Assembly: GCF_000014785.1 (NCBI RefSeq)
Contig: NC_008340.1
Location: 960,001 to 992,000 of the forward strand
Length of the DNA stretch: 32,000 bases
Source: Alkalilimnicola ehrlichii MLHE-1
GTDB taxonomy: Bacteria > Pseudomonadota > Gammaproteobacteria > Nitrococcales > Halorhodospiraceae
Direction of reading: 5' to 3'
Position numbers and translations under genes: made by a program. The notes beneath the pieces were generated by a model. The model saw nothing but the letters and a program-made list of their open reading frames with translations. It had not been told where the DNA came from and did not search any database. This document shows, piece by piece, positions 1-11,803 of the stretch; positions within the stretch are counted from its first letter, which is position 1; every line of letters starts with the position of its first letter.

Positions 1-93
1 ACCCGGGACGGCGACCGGCTGAGCTCCCTTACCGGCACCCTGTACTATCGCCCGTTCCCCGATCTCACCCTGCCCCCCATCCGGATCAACTAG
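1..93 (+). CDS. 3' end of an unidentified CDS truncated by the window edge
   Basis: Frame 1 is open from the window edge to TAG at 91-93 (..TLYYRPFPDLTLPPIRIN*). 27 of 30 codons end in G/C, matching the host coding bias. No family recognised. Confidence 0.4.
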   Translation, partial: TRDGDRLSSLTGTLYYRPFPDLTLPPIRIN

Positions 94-95
94 CC

Positions 96-353
96 ATGCA
101 GCACCGGCGTCGGCGCGACCTGGGCATCGAACTGATGCTCGATGCCCCCGAGGGCTTCACCAGCGACTTCACGGGGCCGGCCGCCGAAATGACGGCATCG
201 TCGCGGTACCCCTGCCGGACCCGCATGAGCGCCGAGCAGGACAGCGTCTTCCGGCGCGCGGCGGGGCATGCGCTGGTGTTTGTCCTGCCCGTGGGGCACC
301 CCGAAGCTCCCACGTCGCCCAGCTCCGTCTGGTCAAGACCGCAGAGCGGGTGA
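96..353 (+). CDS. hypothetical small protein (85 aa)
   Basis: ATG lies 2 nt after the upstream stop. Third-position GC is very high across the frame, and the peptide looks more protein-like than the antisense ORF 86..313 that shares the same third positions. No recognisable family. Confidence 0.3.
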   Translation: MQHRRRRDLGIELMLDAPEGFTSDFTGPAAEMTASSRYPCRTRMSAEQDSVFRRAAGHALVFVLPVGHPEAPTSPSSVWSRPQSG

Positions 354-700
354 GGGTAGTGGTCGACGGGCCGGCCATCTCTCGCGTGCTGGTGGGCTTG
401 GCGATTTACAATTTGGCCGGTGAACTCGCAGGGTTACTTCACGTTGACCCAGACGAAGAGATTAGTTTGCAGGAGGCGAGGCTTGGTAGTGCAGGCCTCG
501 ATCTGGTTGCGGCGTCCTGTTCCTGTCCATATCGACTCCCATCAGAGGGTGGTGGAGGATGCCGAACTGGTCCAGCACGAGGGTCGGCAGGACCGCGAGT
601 TTTACAAGTCGGATGACTGGTGGTGGAACCACAAGCGGATCAGCTGCCTGAAGAGCCAGCTAGGGCTCTCAGTGGTATTGATAGGCTTCCCACCCAATCA
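350..700 (+). pseudogene. possible frameshifted or decayed ORF remnant
   Basis: A GTG at 350 overlaps the stop of the 96..353 ORF (GTGA). Coding-like GC3 is seen in that frame up to about 450, then moves to the frame of ORF 420..1064 (about 520-660, ..HIDSHQRVVEDAELVQHEGRQDREFYKSDDWWWNHKR..). Local GC is about 52-53% in the two 60-nt lines I counted. Confidence 0.2.
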
Positions 701-791
701 ACTACCCCTGGCGCCAACTATGCTGCCAGTTGACCCCACAGATCGGCTGAATCGACATGGGCGCCTACCGGGAACAGCAGGCCCGGCAGAA

Positions 792-820
792 TTGACGCCC
801 CCCGGCGGGGCAGGTAGAAT
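792..820 (+). promoter_or_regulatory. sigma70-type promoter for rplU-rpmA
   Basis: TTGACG (792-797), a 17-nt spacer, then TAGAAT (815-820), about 125 nt upstream of the rplU ATG. Confidence 0.6.
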
Positions 821-946
821 CCGCGCTCTTGAATCCGCTGCAGGTCGCGGCCCGGGTGTCCAGCCGGGAGAAGGCGGCCGGTCACCCGGTATCAGCGGAG
901 TGGCAAGCGAACACCAGCCAACAGATTCACTAACGGAGAACGGGTC

Positions 947-1261
947 ATGTACGCCGTTATCAAGACCGGAGGCAAGCAGTACAAGGTCTCCGAGGGAGAC
1001 GTCCTGCGCGTCGAGAAGCTCGCCGGTGAGGCGGGCGCTTCCGTGGAGTTCGACCAGGTTCTGATGGTCGGCGAGGGCGACGACGTCAAGGTCGGCGCGC
1101 CCACCGTGGAGGGCGGCAAGGTGACCGCCGAGGTGCTGGGTCAGGGCCGTGCCCGCAAGATCGAGATCCAGAAGTTCAAGCGCCGCAAGCAGTATCGCCG
1201 CTTCGCCGGTCATCGGCAGCAGTTCACCGAGGTCAAGATCACCGGCATCTCCGCCGGCTGA
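947..1261 (+). CDS. rplU: 50S ribosomal protein L21
   Basis: 104 aa starting [25 protein letters not shown], the canonical L21 N-terminus. Followed by rpmA. Confidence 0.97.
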   Translation: MYAVIKTGGKQYKVSEGDVLRVEKLAGEAGASVEFDQVLMVGEGDDVKVGAPTVEGGKVTAEVLGQGRARKIEIQKFKRRKQYRRFAGHRQQFTEVKITGISAG

Positions 1262-1280
1262 TTCGGGAGGTTCAGCACTC

Positions 1281-1541
1281 ATGGCACACAAGAAGGCAGG
1301 CGGCAGCACTCGTAACGGCCGCGATTCAGAGAGTAAGCGTCTTGGCGTGAAGCGCTTTGGCGGTCAGAACGTGCTGGCCGGCAACATCCTGGTGCGCCAG
1401 CGTGGCACGCACTTCCACGCCGGTGAGAACGTCGGTCTGGGCAAGGACCACACCCTGTTCGCGAAGGCGGACGGTCAGGTGGTCTTCGAGCGCAAGGGCC
1501 CGCGCAACCGCCGCTACGTCAGCGTGCGCACCGTGCAGTAA
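1281..1541 (+). CDS. rpmA: 50S ribosomal protein L27
   Basis: [28 protein letters not shown].. is the canonical L27 N-terminus. The ATG at 1281 lies inside the longer track ORF 1149..1541, and 86 aa fits L27. Confidence 0.96.
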   Translation: MAHKKAGGSTRNGRDSESKRLGVKRFGGQNVLAGNILVRQRGTHFHAGENVGLGKDHTLFAKADGQVVFERKGPRNRRYVSVRTVQ

Positions 1542-1584
1542 ACACCACGCCCGGGCCATCCCGGCCTGCGTGAGTTTCCGGAAA

Positions 1585-1614
1585 GCCTCGTGTGTGCGCA
1601 CGGGGCTTTTCTTG
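1585..1614 (+). terminator. rho-independent terminator or attenuator after rpmA
   Basis: 8-bp stem gcctcgtg/cacggggc with one G-U pair and a 6-nt loop, followed by ttttcttg. It lies between rpmA and obg. Confidence 0.55.
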
Positions 1615-1630
1615 TATGCGGAAGGGCTAA

Positions 1631-3852
<2,222 letters not shown>

Positions 3853-3923
3853 GCCGGTGCTTCGGCCCCTTGTGCCCGCGGCGCGAGTCCTGGCCGCGGA
3901 TGGGGTCCGTCATTCGCCCACGC

Positions 3924-3959
3924 AGAAAACGCCGGCCCCTGTTACCGGGTGCCGGCGTT
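3924..3959 (-). terminator. rho-independent terminator of rpsT, possibly bidirectional with proB
   Basis: Perfect 9-bp arms aacgccggc (3928-3936) and gccggcgtt (3951-3959). On the minus strand the hairpin is followed by TTTTCTG. Confidence 0.7.
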
Positions 3960-3993
3960 GTCAGTGGCCGGCCGGGCAGGGTGCCCGGTCGGT

Positions 3994-4260
3994 TCAGCCC
4001 TGCAGGTTGCGCAGGTGCTGGTTGAGGCGGCTCTTGTGGCGGGCGGCCTTGTTCTTGTGGATCAGGCCGCGGGTGGCCATGCGGTCGATAACCGGCACGG
4101 CGACCTTGTAGGCTTCCTCGGCCTGCGCCTTGTCGCCGGCCTTGATGGCGTTCACGACGCGCTTGATGTAAGTGCGCATCATCGACCGTTGCGACTGATT
4201 GTGCTTGCGACGCTTTTCCGCCTGGCGGGCGCGCTTCTTTGCCGAAGGGATGTTAGCCAA
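3994..4260 (-). CDS. rpsT: 30S ribosomal protein S20
   Basis: (L)[25 protein letters not shown].. is the canonical S20 sequence. The likely start is TTG at 4260-4258, preceded by AGGAG. E. coli rpsT is also known to use UUG. The track ORF extending to 4335 is an upstream extension. Confidence 0.93.
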   Translation of the reverse strand: MANIPSAKKRARQAEKRRKHNQSQRSMMRTYIKRVVNAIKAGDKAQAEEAYKVAVPVIDRMATRGLIHKNKAARHKSRLNQHLRNLQG

Positions 4261-4306
4261 AGCTCGACTCCTGGTTGAATCACTGCAGTGCGAACGAAAG
4301 GCCGGT

Positions 4307-4335
4307 AATATGCGCACCCTACAGCGCAATGTCAA
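4307..4335 (-). promoter_or_regulatory. sigma70-type promoter for rpsT
   Basis: On the minus strand: TTGACA (4335-4330), a 17-nt spacer, then CATATT (4312-4307), about 45 nt upstream of the TTG start. Confidence 0.65.
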
Positions 4336-4398
4336 CCCTGTTCACCCGGATAAAAGGGGCCGCATGGAAGAGCCAGACACAACCCGGAGCCCAGGGGC

Positions 4399-5967
4399 AT
4401 GAAGGCGGGGATGTTCCGCTCGGTCTTTACCTTCGGATCGCTCACCATGGTCTCACGTGTGCTGGGCCTGGTGCGCGACATGGTGGTGGCCGGGGTGTTC
4501 GGTTCGGGGCCGCAGACCGACGCCTTCATCGTCGCGTTCAAGATCCCCAATTTCATGCGCCGGCTCTTCGCCGAGGGCGCCTTCTCCCAGTCCTTCGTGC
4601 CGGTGCTCTCCGAGTACCGGACCAAGCGCCCGGACGAGGTGGGTGCGCTGGCGGCGAATACCCTGGGAGTGTTGGCGGCGGTGTTGCTGGTGATCACCGC
4701 CCTGGGCGTGGCGGGCGCGCCCTGGGTGGTCACGCTCTTCGCACCCGGGTTCAGTAACGAGCCGGAGAAATACGGCCTGGCCGTGGAGCTGCTGCGCTGG
4801 ACCTTCCCCTACATCCTGTTCATCTCCCTCACCGCGGCGGCCGCTGGCATCCTCAACACCTGGGGCCGGTTCGGGCCGCCGGCCTTCGCGCCGGTGCTGC
4901 TCAATCTGTGTATGATCGGCGCCGCCCTGGGTATCGCGCCGCTGCTGGAGACGCCTATCCTGGCCCTGGCCGTCGCCGTGCTGGTGGCGGGCGTGCTGCA
5001 ACTGCTGCTGCAACTGCCCTTTCTGGCCTCCATCGGCATGCTCCGCCGGCCCCGTTTCGGCTGGCGCCACCCCGGTGTGCGCCGCATCATGCGGCTGATG
5101 GCACCCGCCGCCTTCGGCTCCTCGGTGGCGCAGATCAACCTGTTGCTGGACACGGTGCTGGCCTCCTTCCTGATCACCGGCAGCGTGACCTGGCTCTATT
5201 TCTCCGACCGTTTGGTGGAATTCCCCCTCGGGGTGTTCGGGGTGGCCCTGGGTATGGTGCTGTTGCCGCGCCTGTCGGCGGAGCACGCCGCCGCCAGTCC
5301 GGAGCGGTTCAGCCAGACTCTGGATTGGGGGCTGCGCTGGGTCCTGGTGCTCATTGCGCCGGCCACGGTGGGCCTGTCGGCCATGGCCCTGCCCATCATC
5401 GCCACCCTCTTTCATTACGGCCAGTTCGTCGAACTGGATGTGATGGCCGCTGCCCTGAGCTTGGCCGGGTACAGCCTGGGCCTGTTCGGTTTCGTGCTGG
5501 TCAAGGTGCTGGCGCCGGGGCACTTCGCCCGCCAGGATATGCGGACACCGGTGCGCTGCGCGGTGATCAGCCTGCTCTGCAATATGGTGCTCAGCGTCAG
5601 TGCGGTGCTCTGGCTCCATGACACCGGGGTGGGGCACGTGGGGTTGGCGATGGCCACGGCGGTTGCCGCGTGGGTCAACGCGACCCTGCTCTATCGCGCG
5701 CTGCGGCGCAGCGGCCACTACGCACCCTGTGCCGGCTGGAGCGCCCTGGGCCGGCGGGTGGGCCTGGCCACCCTAGTGATGGGGGCGGTACTGCTATGGC
5801 CGGCCAGTCAGCCGGAGCAATGGTTGCAGGCCGGTGTCACCGAGCGGGTGCTGCGCTTGAGTGGGTGGCTGCTCCTTGCCGCTGCGGTCTATTTCGCCGC
5901 CCTGCGCCTGTTCGGGTGGGACTGGCGATCCATGAAGGAGCCGCCGGGCGCGGAGCGCGCAGGCTGA
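4399..5967 (+). CDS. murJ: lipid II flippase MurJ/MviN
   Basis: 522 aa polytopic membrane protein. The N-terminus ..SLTMVSRVLGLVRDMVVAGVFG..TDAFIVAFKIPNFMRRLFAEGAFSQSFVPV is the MurJ signature. An alternative start exists at 4411. Confidence 0.93.
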   Translation: MKAGMFRSVFTFGSLTMVSRVLGLVRDMVVAGVFGSGPQTDAFIVAFKIPNFMRRLFAEGAFSQSFVPVLSEYRTKRPDEVGALAANTLGVLAAVLLVITALGVAGAPWVVTLFAPGFSNEPEKYGLAVELLRWTFPYILFISLTAAAAGILNTWGRFGPPAFAPVLLNLCMIGAALGIAPLLETPILALAVAVLVAGVLQLLLQLPFLASIGMLRRPRFGWRHPGVRRIMRLMAPAAFGSSVAQINLLLDTVLASFLITGSVTWLYFSDRLVEFPLGVFGVALGMVLLPRLSAEHAAASPERFSQTLDWGLRWVLVLIAPATVGLSAMALPIIATLFHYGQFVELDVMAAALSLAGYSLGLFGFVLVKVLAPGHFARQDMRTPVRCAVISLLCNMVLSVSAVLWLHDTGVGHVGLAMATAVAAWVNATLLYRALRRSGHYAPCAGWSALGRRVGLATLVMGAVLLWPASQPEQWLQAGVTERVLRLSGWLLLAAAVYFAALRLFGWDWRSMKEPPGAERAG

Positions 5968-5977
5968 TCGCACACCT

Positions 5978-5985
5978 TGTATAAT
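5978..5985 (+). promoter_or_regulatory. candidate -10 element upstream of ribF
   Basis: ttgTATAATgg in the 44-nt murJ-ribF spacer. No convincing -35 was seen. Confidence 0.3.
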
Positions 5986-6011
5986 GGCGGTTTTGCGAGC
6001 ACTCCCCCGGT

Positions 6012-6980
6012 ATGGAACTGGTACGCGGCCTCCACAATCTGCAGCCCCGCCACCGCGGGTGCGCGCTGACCATCGGCAATTTCGATGGCGTGCACTTAGG
6101 CCATCAGGCCATGCTCGACACCCTGGGGCTTGCGGCGCAGCGCTTGGGTGTACCGCCGCTGCTGCTTACCTTCGAGCCGCACCCGCTGGAGGCCCTGCGC
6201 CCGGAGCAGGCGCCCACGCGCATCACCCCCCTGCGCGACAAGCTCGCGGCGTTGGCCGAGACCCCGCTGCAGCGGGTGGTGGTGGCACGCTTCGGCGCGG
6301 CCCTCGCCGGCATGTCGGCAGAGGCCTTCGTCGACGAGCTGCTGATCGGCCGGTTGGGCGTGCGCCACCTGCTGATCGGTGACGACTTCCGCTTCGGCCG
6401 CGCCCGCCGGGGCGATTATGCCATGCTGGCCGAGGCCTCGCGCCGGCACGGCTTCGAGCTGGACCGCCTGGAGACCCTGGCCACCGAGGACGGTGAGCGC
6501 ATCAGCAGCACCCGCGTACGTGCCGCCCTGGCTGCCGGTGACCTGGGTGAGGCCGAGGACCTCCTGGGCCGCCCGTACACCCTCTCCGGCCGGGTGGTGC
6601 GGGGTGATGCCATCGGCCGGCGGCTTGGCTTCCGCACCGCCAACATCGCCTTTCGCGCCAACCAGCGGCCGGCCCTGGGGGGCATCTTCACCGTGAGTGT
6701 GGAGGGCGTGGCCGACCGGCCGCTGCCCGGGGTGGCCAATGTCGGGACCCGCCCGGCGGTGGGGGGCAAACGGCACCTGCTGGAGGTGCATTTGCTGGAC
6801 TGGCAAGGCAGACTATACGGCTGCCATCTGCAAGTGCGATTCCTCCAGCGGCTGCGCGAGGAGTGGCATTTCGACTCGCTGGATGCGCTCAGCGCCCAGA
6901 TCGGCCGGGACGTGGACCAAGCCCGGGCCCTGTTCAATGACAACCCTCTTTCCGATCCGACCCCAAGGACCGCGACGTGA
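6012..6980 (+). CDS. ribF: bifunctional riboflavin kinase / FAD synthetase
   Basis: [13 protein letters not shown] motif, a C-terminal riboflavin kinase region (GFRTANI.., LEVHLLDW), and synteny with ileS. Confidence 0.94.
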   Translation: MELVRGLHNLQPRHRGCALTIGNFDGVHLGHQAMLDTLGLAAQRLGVPPLLLTFEPHPLEALRPEQAPTRITPLRDKLAALAETPLQRVVVARFGAALAGMSAEAFVDELLIGRLGVRHLLIGDDFRFGRARRGDYAMLAEASRRHGFELDRLETLATEDGERISSTRVRAALAAGDLGEAEDLLGRPYTLSGRVVRGDAIGRRLGFRTANIAFRANQRPALGGIFTVSVEGVADRPLPGVANVGTRPAVGGKRHLLEVHLLDWQGRLYGCHLQVRFLQRLREEWHFDSLDALSAQIGRDVDQARALFNDNPLSDPTPRTAT

Positions 6981-9802
6981 GTGATTACAAGCACACCCTG
7001 AACCTGCCGAAGACCGGCTTTCCCATGCGCGGCAATCTGGCCAAGCGGGAGCCGGAGCGGCTCGCCGGCTGGTATCAGACGGACCTTTACGGTCGCCTGC
7101 GCCGCGAGCGCGCCGGCAAGCCCCGTTTCGTGCTGCACGACGGCCCGCCCTACGCCAACGGCGACATCCACATCGGCCACGCGGTCAACAAGATCCTCAA
7201 GGACATCATCATCAAGGCGCGCAGCATGGACGGCTACGACGTCCCCTATGTGCCGGGCTGGGATTGCCACGGGCTGCCCATAGAGCTGATGGTGGAGAAA
7301 AAGCGGGGCAAGGCGGGCGCCAAGGTGAGCCCGCGGGCCTTCCGCGACGCCTGCCGCGAGTTTGCCGCCAGCCAAGTGGACGGCCAGCGCGAGGATTTTA
7401 AGCGGCTCGGCGTGCTTGGTGACTGGGACAACCCTTACCTCACCATGGATTACCGCACCGAGGCGGATATCCTGCGTGCCCTGGGGCGGATCATCCAGCG
7501 TGGTCATGTCACCCGAGGCTTCAAGCCGGTGCACTGGTGCGCCGACTGTGGTTCCGCCCTGGCCGAGGCCGAGGTGGAATACGAGGAGAAGACCTCGCCC
7601 GCCATCGACGTGCGCTTTGCCGTGCTGGAGCCCGAGGAGTTGGACCGCCGGGCCGGACTCGGGGGCGAGGCGGCCGCGGCCGGCCGGGTCGCCATCCCCA
7701 TCTGGACCACCACCCCCTGGACACTGCCCGCCAACCAGGCGGTGGCTTTGCACCCGGAGTTGGAATACGTCGTGGTCGCTTTCGACGACGAACTACTGGT
7801 GCTGGCGGCCGAGCTGGTGGAATCGGCCATGGCCCGTTACGAGGTGGACGACTACCGGGTCGTCGGCCGTTGCGACGGCGCGGTGCTCGAGGGCCTGCGA
7901 CTGGCGCACCCCTTCCTGGAACGCGAGGTGCCGGTGATCCTGGGCGGGCACGTCACCACCGACGGCGGCACCGGGGCGGTGCACACCGCCCCCGGGCATG
8001 GCCAGGATGACTACGTGGTCGGCCAGCAGTACGACCTGCCCACCGACAACCCGGTGGACGGCAACGGGGTTTTCCTCCCCGACACCCCGTTCTTCGCCGG
8101 ACAGCATGTCTTCAAGGCCAACCCGAAGGTGGTGGACCTGCTCGCGGAGCGCGGCGCGCTGCTGCACCACGAGCCCTACCGCCACAGCTACCCTCATTGC
8201 TGGCGCCACAAGACCCCCATCCTCTTCCGGGCCACGCCGCAGTGGTTCATCAGCCTGGACAAGGCGGGCATGCGTGAGCACGCCATGGCCGCCATCAAGG
8301 GGGTGAGCTGGCATCCGGAGTGGGGGCAGGCCCGGATCGAATCGATGGTCAACGGCCGGCCGGACTGGTGCATCTCCCGCCAGCGCAACTGGGGTGTGCC
8401 CATCGCCCTGTTCGTGGACAAGCGCAGCGGTGAGCCCCACCCGGAGAGCGAACGGTTGATCGAGGCCGTGGCCCGGCGGGTGGAGGAGGCCGGGGTGGAC
8501 GCCTGGTTCGAGCTGGACCCCGCCGAGCTGTTGGGCGCTGACGCCGAGCGCTACGAGAAGGTCACCGATATCCTGGATGTCTGGTTCGACTCCGGCGTCA
8601 CCCACGCCACGGTGCTGGAGCGCCGGGACGAGCTGCAGGTGCCCGCCGACCTCTACCTGGAGGGCTCCGATCAGCACCGCGGCTGGTTCCAGTCCTCGCT
8701 GCTCACCTCGGTGGGGGTGCGCGAGACCGCGCCCTACAAGGGGGTGCTTACCCACGGCTTCACCGTGGACGAGAAGGGCCACAAGATGTCCAAGTCCCGG
8801 GGCAACGTGGTGGCCCCGCAGAAGGTCATGGATACCCTGGGGGCGGATATCCTGCGCCTGTGGGTGGCCTCCTCGGACTACTCCGCCGAGATGGCCGTCT
8901 CCGACGGCATCCTCAAGCGCACCGCTGACGCCTACCGGCGCATGCGTAACACGGCCCGCTTCCTGCTCGCCAACCTCAACGGCTTCGAGCCCGCCGAACA
9001 CGCCGTGGCCCCCCCGGATATGCTGCCCCTGGACCGCTGGGCCGTGGACCGCGCCTACCTGCTCCAGCAGCAGGTGCGCGAGGCCTACGAGCGCTACGAG
9101 TTCCACCGTATCTATCAGATGGTGCACAACTTCTGCGTGGTGGACCTGGGCGGTTTCTACCTGGACGTGATCAAGGACCGCCAGTACACCACGAAGCCCG
9201 ACAGCCTCGCCCGCCGCTCCTGCCAGACCGCCCTCTGGCACGTGGCCGAGGGCCTGGTGCGCTGGCTTGCGCCCATCATCTCCTTCACCGCCGAGGAGAT
9301 CTGGGAGCACCTGCCGGGCGAACGCAGCGACTCGGTGCTGCTTGAGACCTGGTACGAGGGCCTGTTCCCGCTCGATGACAGCGACCCGTTCGGGCGCGCC
9401 TTCTGGGACGACGTGCTGGCGGTGCGCGCCGGTGTCAACCGGGAGCTGGAGCAGCTTCGCAACGACAAGGTGATTGGCGCCAGCCTGCAGGCGGAGGTGC
9501 AGCTCTTCTGTCCGCCGGAGCTCAAGGCCAAGCTCGACCGGCTGGGCGACGAGCTGCGCTTCGTGCTGATCACCAGCGAGGCGCGCGTGGAGGATCTGGA
9601 ACGGGCCCCGGTGGAGTCGGTGGAGGTCCCCGGTGAGAATGGCCAGGGTTTCCGCCTCTTCGCCGCAGCCAGTCAGCACCCCAAGTGCACCCGCTGCTGG
9701 CACCATCGCCCGGATGTGGGCCACCATGCGGATCACCCGGAGCTGTGCGGCCGTTGCGTGAGCAACGTCGACGGCGAGGGTGAGACCCGTCACTACGCCT
9801 GA
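6977..9802 (+). CDS. ileS: isoleucine--tRNA ligase
   Basis: 941 aa with HIGH-type motif ([12 protein letters not shown]), KMSKS, and a C-terminal Zn cluster (CTRCWHH..CGRC). The GTG start overlaps the ribF stop (GTGA). Confidence 0.97.
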   Translation: MSDYKHTLNLPKTGFPMRGNLAKREPERLAGWYQTDLYGRLRRERAGKPRFVLHDGPPYANGDIHIGHAVNKILKDIIIKARSMDGYDVPYVPGWDCHGLPIELMVEKKRGKAGAKVSPRAFRDACREFAASQVDGQREDFKRLGVLGDWDNPYLTMDYRTEADILRALGRIIQRGHVTRGFKPVHWCADCGSALAEAEVEYEEKTSPAIDVRFAVLEPEELDRRAGLGGEAAAAGRVAIPIWTTTPWTLPANQAVALHPELEYVVVAFDDELLVLAAELVESAMARYEVDDYRVVGRCDGAVLEGLRLAHPFLEREVPVILGGHVTTDGGTGAVHTAPGHGQDDYVVGQQYDLPTDNPVDGNGVFLPDTPFFAGQHVFKANPKVVDLLAERGALLHHEPYRHSYPHCWRHKTPILFRATPQWFISLDKAGMREHAMAAIKGVSWHPEWGQARIESMVNGRPDWCISRQRNWGVPIALFVDKRSGEPHPESERLIEAVARRVEEAGVDAWFELDPAELLGADAERYEKVTDILDVWFDSGVTHATVLERRDELQVPADLYLEGSDQHRGWFQSSLLTSVGVRETAPYKGVLTHGFTVDEKGHKMSKSRGNVVAPQKVMDTLGADILRLWVASSDYSAEMAVSDGILKRTADAYRRMRNTARFLLANLNGFEPAEHAVAPPDMLPLDRWAVDRAYLLQQQVREAYERYEFHRIYQMVHNFCVVDLGGFYLDVIKDRQYTTKPDSLARRSCQTALWHVAEGLVRWLAPIISFTAEEIWEHLPGERSDSVLLETWYEGLFPLDDSDPFGRAFWDDVLAVRAGVNRELEQLRNDKVIGASLQAEVQLFCPPELKAKLDRLGDELRFVLITSEARVEDLERAPVESVEVPGENGQGFRLFAAASQHPKCTRCWHHRPDVGHHADHPELCGRCVSNVDGEGETRHYA

Positions 9803-9812
9803 GCGAGGTCGC

Positions 9813-10280
9813 ATGAATCCGTGGATCGGCCTGGCATTCGTCGTGCTGCTGCTGGATCAGGCCAGTAAGCTGGCCGCCGAGTACTGGCTGGTCTACCACC
9901 AGAGCGTGGCGCTGCTGCCGGTGCTTAACCTCACCCTCAGCTATAACCCCGGGGCGGCCTTCAGCTTCCTGGGCGAGGCGGGGGGTTGGCAGCGCTGGTT
10001 CTTCTCCGCCATCGCCCTGGGGGTGTCGCTGTACATCCTGTGGTGGCTGCACCAGATCCGCGGGCGCCGCCATTTCCTGGCCTGTGGCCTGGCCCTGGTG
10101 CTGGGTGGGGCGGTGGGCAATTTGATCGACCGGCTGGTGCACGGCTACGTCATCGACTTCATCCATGTCTATTGGCGCGACTGGCACTACCCCATCTTCA
10201 ACGTCGCCGACATCGGTATCACTGTCGGGGTGGTCATGGTGATGGTCTACATGATCTTCCTGGAGCCCAAGCAGGCGTGA
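9813..10280 (+). CDS. lspA: lipoprotein signal peptidase II
   Basis: MNPWIGLAFVVLLLDQASKL.., NPGAAFSF and FNVADIGITVG motifs. The ATG at 9813 is preceded by GAGG. The GTG at 9780 used by the track would overlap ileS by 23 nt. Confidence 0.92.
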   Translation: MNPWIGLAFVVLLLDQASKLAAEYWLVYHQSVALLPVLNLTLSYNPGAAFSFLGEAGGWQRWFFSAIALGVSLYILWWLHQIRGRRHFLACGLALVLGGAVGNLIDRLVHGYVIDFIHVYWRDWHYPIFNVADIGITVGVVMVMVYMIFLEPKQA

Positions 10281-10350
10281 GCACACGCCGTTGCCGCAGG
10301 GCCCCAATAGCTGACAAAATAGCTGCGAAATCCAACCAGGTGTCACCGCC

Positions 10351-11301
10351 ATGACCCAAGTCCTGCTCGCCAACCCCCGCGGCTTCTGTGCCGGCGTCGA
10401 CCGCGCCATCGACATCGTCGACCGGGCGCTGGAGCTCTTTGGCGCGCCCATCTACGTGCGCCACGAGGTGGTGCATAACCGTTACGTGGTCAACAACCTG
10501 CGGGACAAGGGCGCGGTGTTTGTCGAAGAGCTGGACGAGGTGCCGGACGGCGCCACGGTCATCTTCAGCGCCCACGGCGTCTCCCAGGCCGTGCGCCGCG
10601 AGGCGGAGCGCCGCGGGCTGCAGGTCTTTGACGCCACTTGCCCGCTGGTCACCAAGGTGCATATGGAGGTGCAGAAGTACGCGCGGGAGGGGCGCGAGGT
10701 GGTGCTGATCGGCCACGCCGGCCACCCGGAGGTGGAGGGCACCATCGGCCAGTATGAGCGCCAGGGGGGGGCCGGCGGCGACATCTACCTGGTTGAGAAG
10801 CCCGAGGACGTCCAGGCGCTGGTGGTTCGCGACCCGGACAGCCTCGCCTTCGTCACCCAGACCACCCTGTCGATGGATGACACCGCCAACGTCATCGACG
10901 CCCTGCGCGAACGGTTCCCCAACATCACCGGCCCGCGCAAGAACGACATCTGCTACGCCACCCAGAACCGGCAGGATGCGGTCAAGCAACTGGCTGAGCA
11001 GGTGGACCTGATGCTGGTGGTGGGTTCACCCAACAGCTCCAACTCCAACCGCCTGCGGGAACTGGCCGAGCGCAAGGGGGTCGAGGCCCACTTGGTGGAC
11101 GGCCCGGAACAACTCCAGCGGGCGTGGCTGGAGGGCCGCCACGCCATCGGCGTCACCGCCGGCGCCTCGGCCCCGGAGGTGCTGGTGCGGCAGGTCCTGG
11201 ACCAGCTCCAGGCCTGGGGCGCCCGCCCACCGGAGGAGGCGAAGGGCATCGAGGAGAAAGTGGTGTTCTCGCTGCCGCGGGAGCTCCGCGACTCGGCATA
11301 A
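10351..11301 (+). CDS. ispH: 4-hydroxy-3-methylbut-2-enyl diphosphate reductase
   Basis: [20 protein letters not shown].., conserved Cys and His motifs ([17 protein letters not shown]), 316 aa. Confidence 0.95.
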   Translation: MTQVLLANPRGFCAGVDRAIDIVDRALELFGAPIYVRHEVVHNRYVVNNLRDKGAVFVEELDEVPDGATVIFSAHGVSQAVRREAERRGLQVFDATCPLVTKVHMEVQKYAREGREVVLIGHAGHPEVEGTIGQYERQGGAGGDIYLVEKPEDVQALVVRDPDSLAFVTQTTLSMDDTANVIDALRERFPNITGPRKNDICYATQNRQDAVKQLAEQVDLMLVVGSPNSSNSNRLRELAERKGVEAHLVDGPEQLQRAWLEGRHAIGVTAGASAPEVLVRQVLDQLQAWGARPPEEAKGIEEKVVFSLPRELRDSA

Positions 11302-11353
11302 CCACGGTGCATCCCTGCCCCTCCGGTCATCGCGACGGTCGAAGGCTTTCCCC

Positions 11354-11410
11354 GTCATCGCGAGCCCCCGCCCCGCTGCGCGGGCGCGAATCAGGGAAGA
11401 ACGGCGGGGC
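11354..11410 (+). repeat. repeat module C, copy 1
   Basis: gtcatcgcgagcccccgccccgctgcgcgggcgcgaatcagggaagaacggcggggc is closely similar to 21976..22030. Confidence 0.75.
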
Positions 11411-11467
11411 TGCCATGGCGAGGGCCGCGGGTTTTCGGTCGTCATCGCGAGGGGGGGCGCCCCACCC

Positions 11468-11545
11468 GTCATCGCGAGGGCCGAAGGCCCGCGGCGATCC
11501 AGGGCGGTAGACTGCCACGTCGGCTTCGCCTCCTCGCAGTGACGG
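11468..11545 (+). repeat. repeat module A, copy 1 (78 bp)
   Basis: gtcatcgcgagggccgaaggcccgcggcgatccagggcggtagactgccacgtcggcttcgcctcctcgcagtgacgg differs at 4 of 78 positions from 22068..22145. Confidence 0.85.
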
Positions 11546-11595
11546 TGGGGGTGGGGCCGCGCTCGCAGTGACGGTGGGTGCGGGGCACCACCCCC

Positions 11596-11776
11596 GTCAT
11601 CGCGAGGAGCGCAGCGACGCGGCGATCCACACCCCGCCATGGACTGCCGCGCCCCTGCGGGGCTCGCAGTGACGGTGGGTGCGGGGCACCACCCCCGTCA
11701 TCGCGAGGAGCGCAGCGACGCGGCGATCCACACCCCCGCCTGGACTGCCACGCCCCATGGGGGCTCGCAGTGACGG
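11596..11776 (+). repeat. two direct copies of repeat module B (80 bp each, 101-bp period)
   Basis: 11596..11675 and 11697..11776 both begin gtcatcgcgaggagcgcagcgacgcggcgatccaca and end gctcgcagtgacgg. They are separated by the tgggtgcggggcaccaccccc linker. Confidence 0.85.
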
Positions 11777-11803
11777 GGCAGGGTCTCGCCGGCTGTCAGC
11801 CAA

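Larger units (their letters stand above)
11320..11790. repeat. REP/BIME-like mosaic repeat cluster 1, in the convergent ispH/pilE intergenic region
   Basis: Multiple copies of the arms GTCATCGCGAG and CTCGCAGTGAC(GG), which are imperfect inverted repeats of each other. They are joined by a GGTGGGTGCGGGGCACCACCCCC linker. The modules are also found at 21.9-22.35 kb. Confidence 0.85.

Noticed and set aside
420-1064. 214-aa plus-strand ORF running from the upstream region into rplU
   Set aside because: It crosses the strong rplU promoter and overlaps rplU out of frame. Only the ~520-660 part has coding-like bias, and that part is treated as a possible pseudogene fragment instead.
698-1309. 203-aa minus-strand ORF overlapping rplU
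   Set aside because: It is antisense to canonical L21 and to its promoter and leader. It has shadow-ORF composition.
4453-5718. 421-aa ORF antisense to murJ
   Set aside because: A shadow ORF of a high-GC membrane-protein gene. It is extremely H/R/G/Q-rich.
6416-9814. Long minus-strand ORFs (6416..7753 and 7793..9814) opposite ribF and ileS
   Set aside because: Both lie entirely within and antisense to canonical ribF and ileS. They have shadow-ORF composition.
10281-10350. Absence of fkpB between lspA and ispH
   Set aside because: E. coli and Pseudomonas have an FKBP-type isomerase gene here. The 70-nt spacer simply lacks it, and loss or relocation of fkpB seems unremarkable and shows no sequence anomaly.
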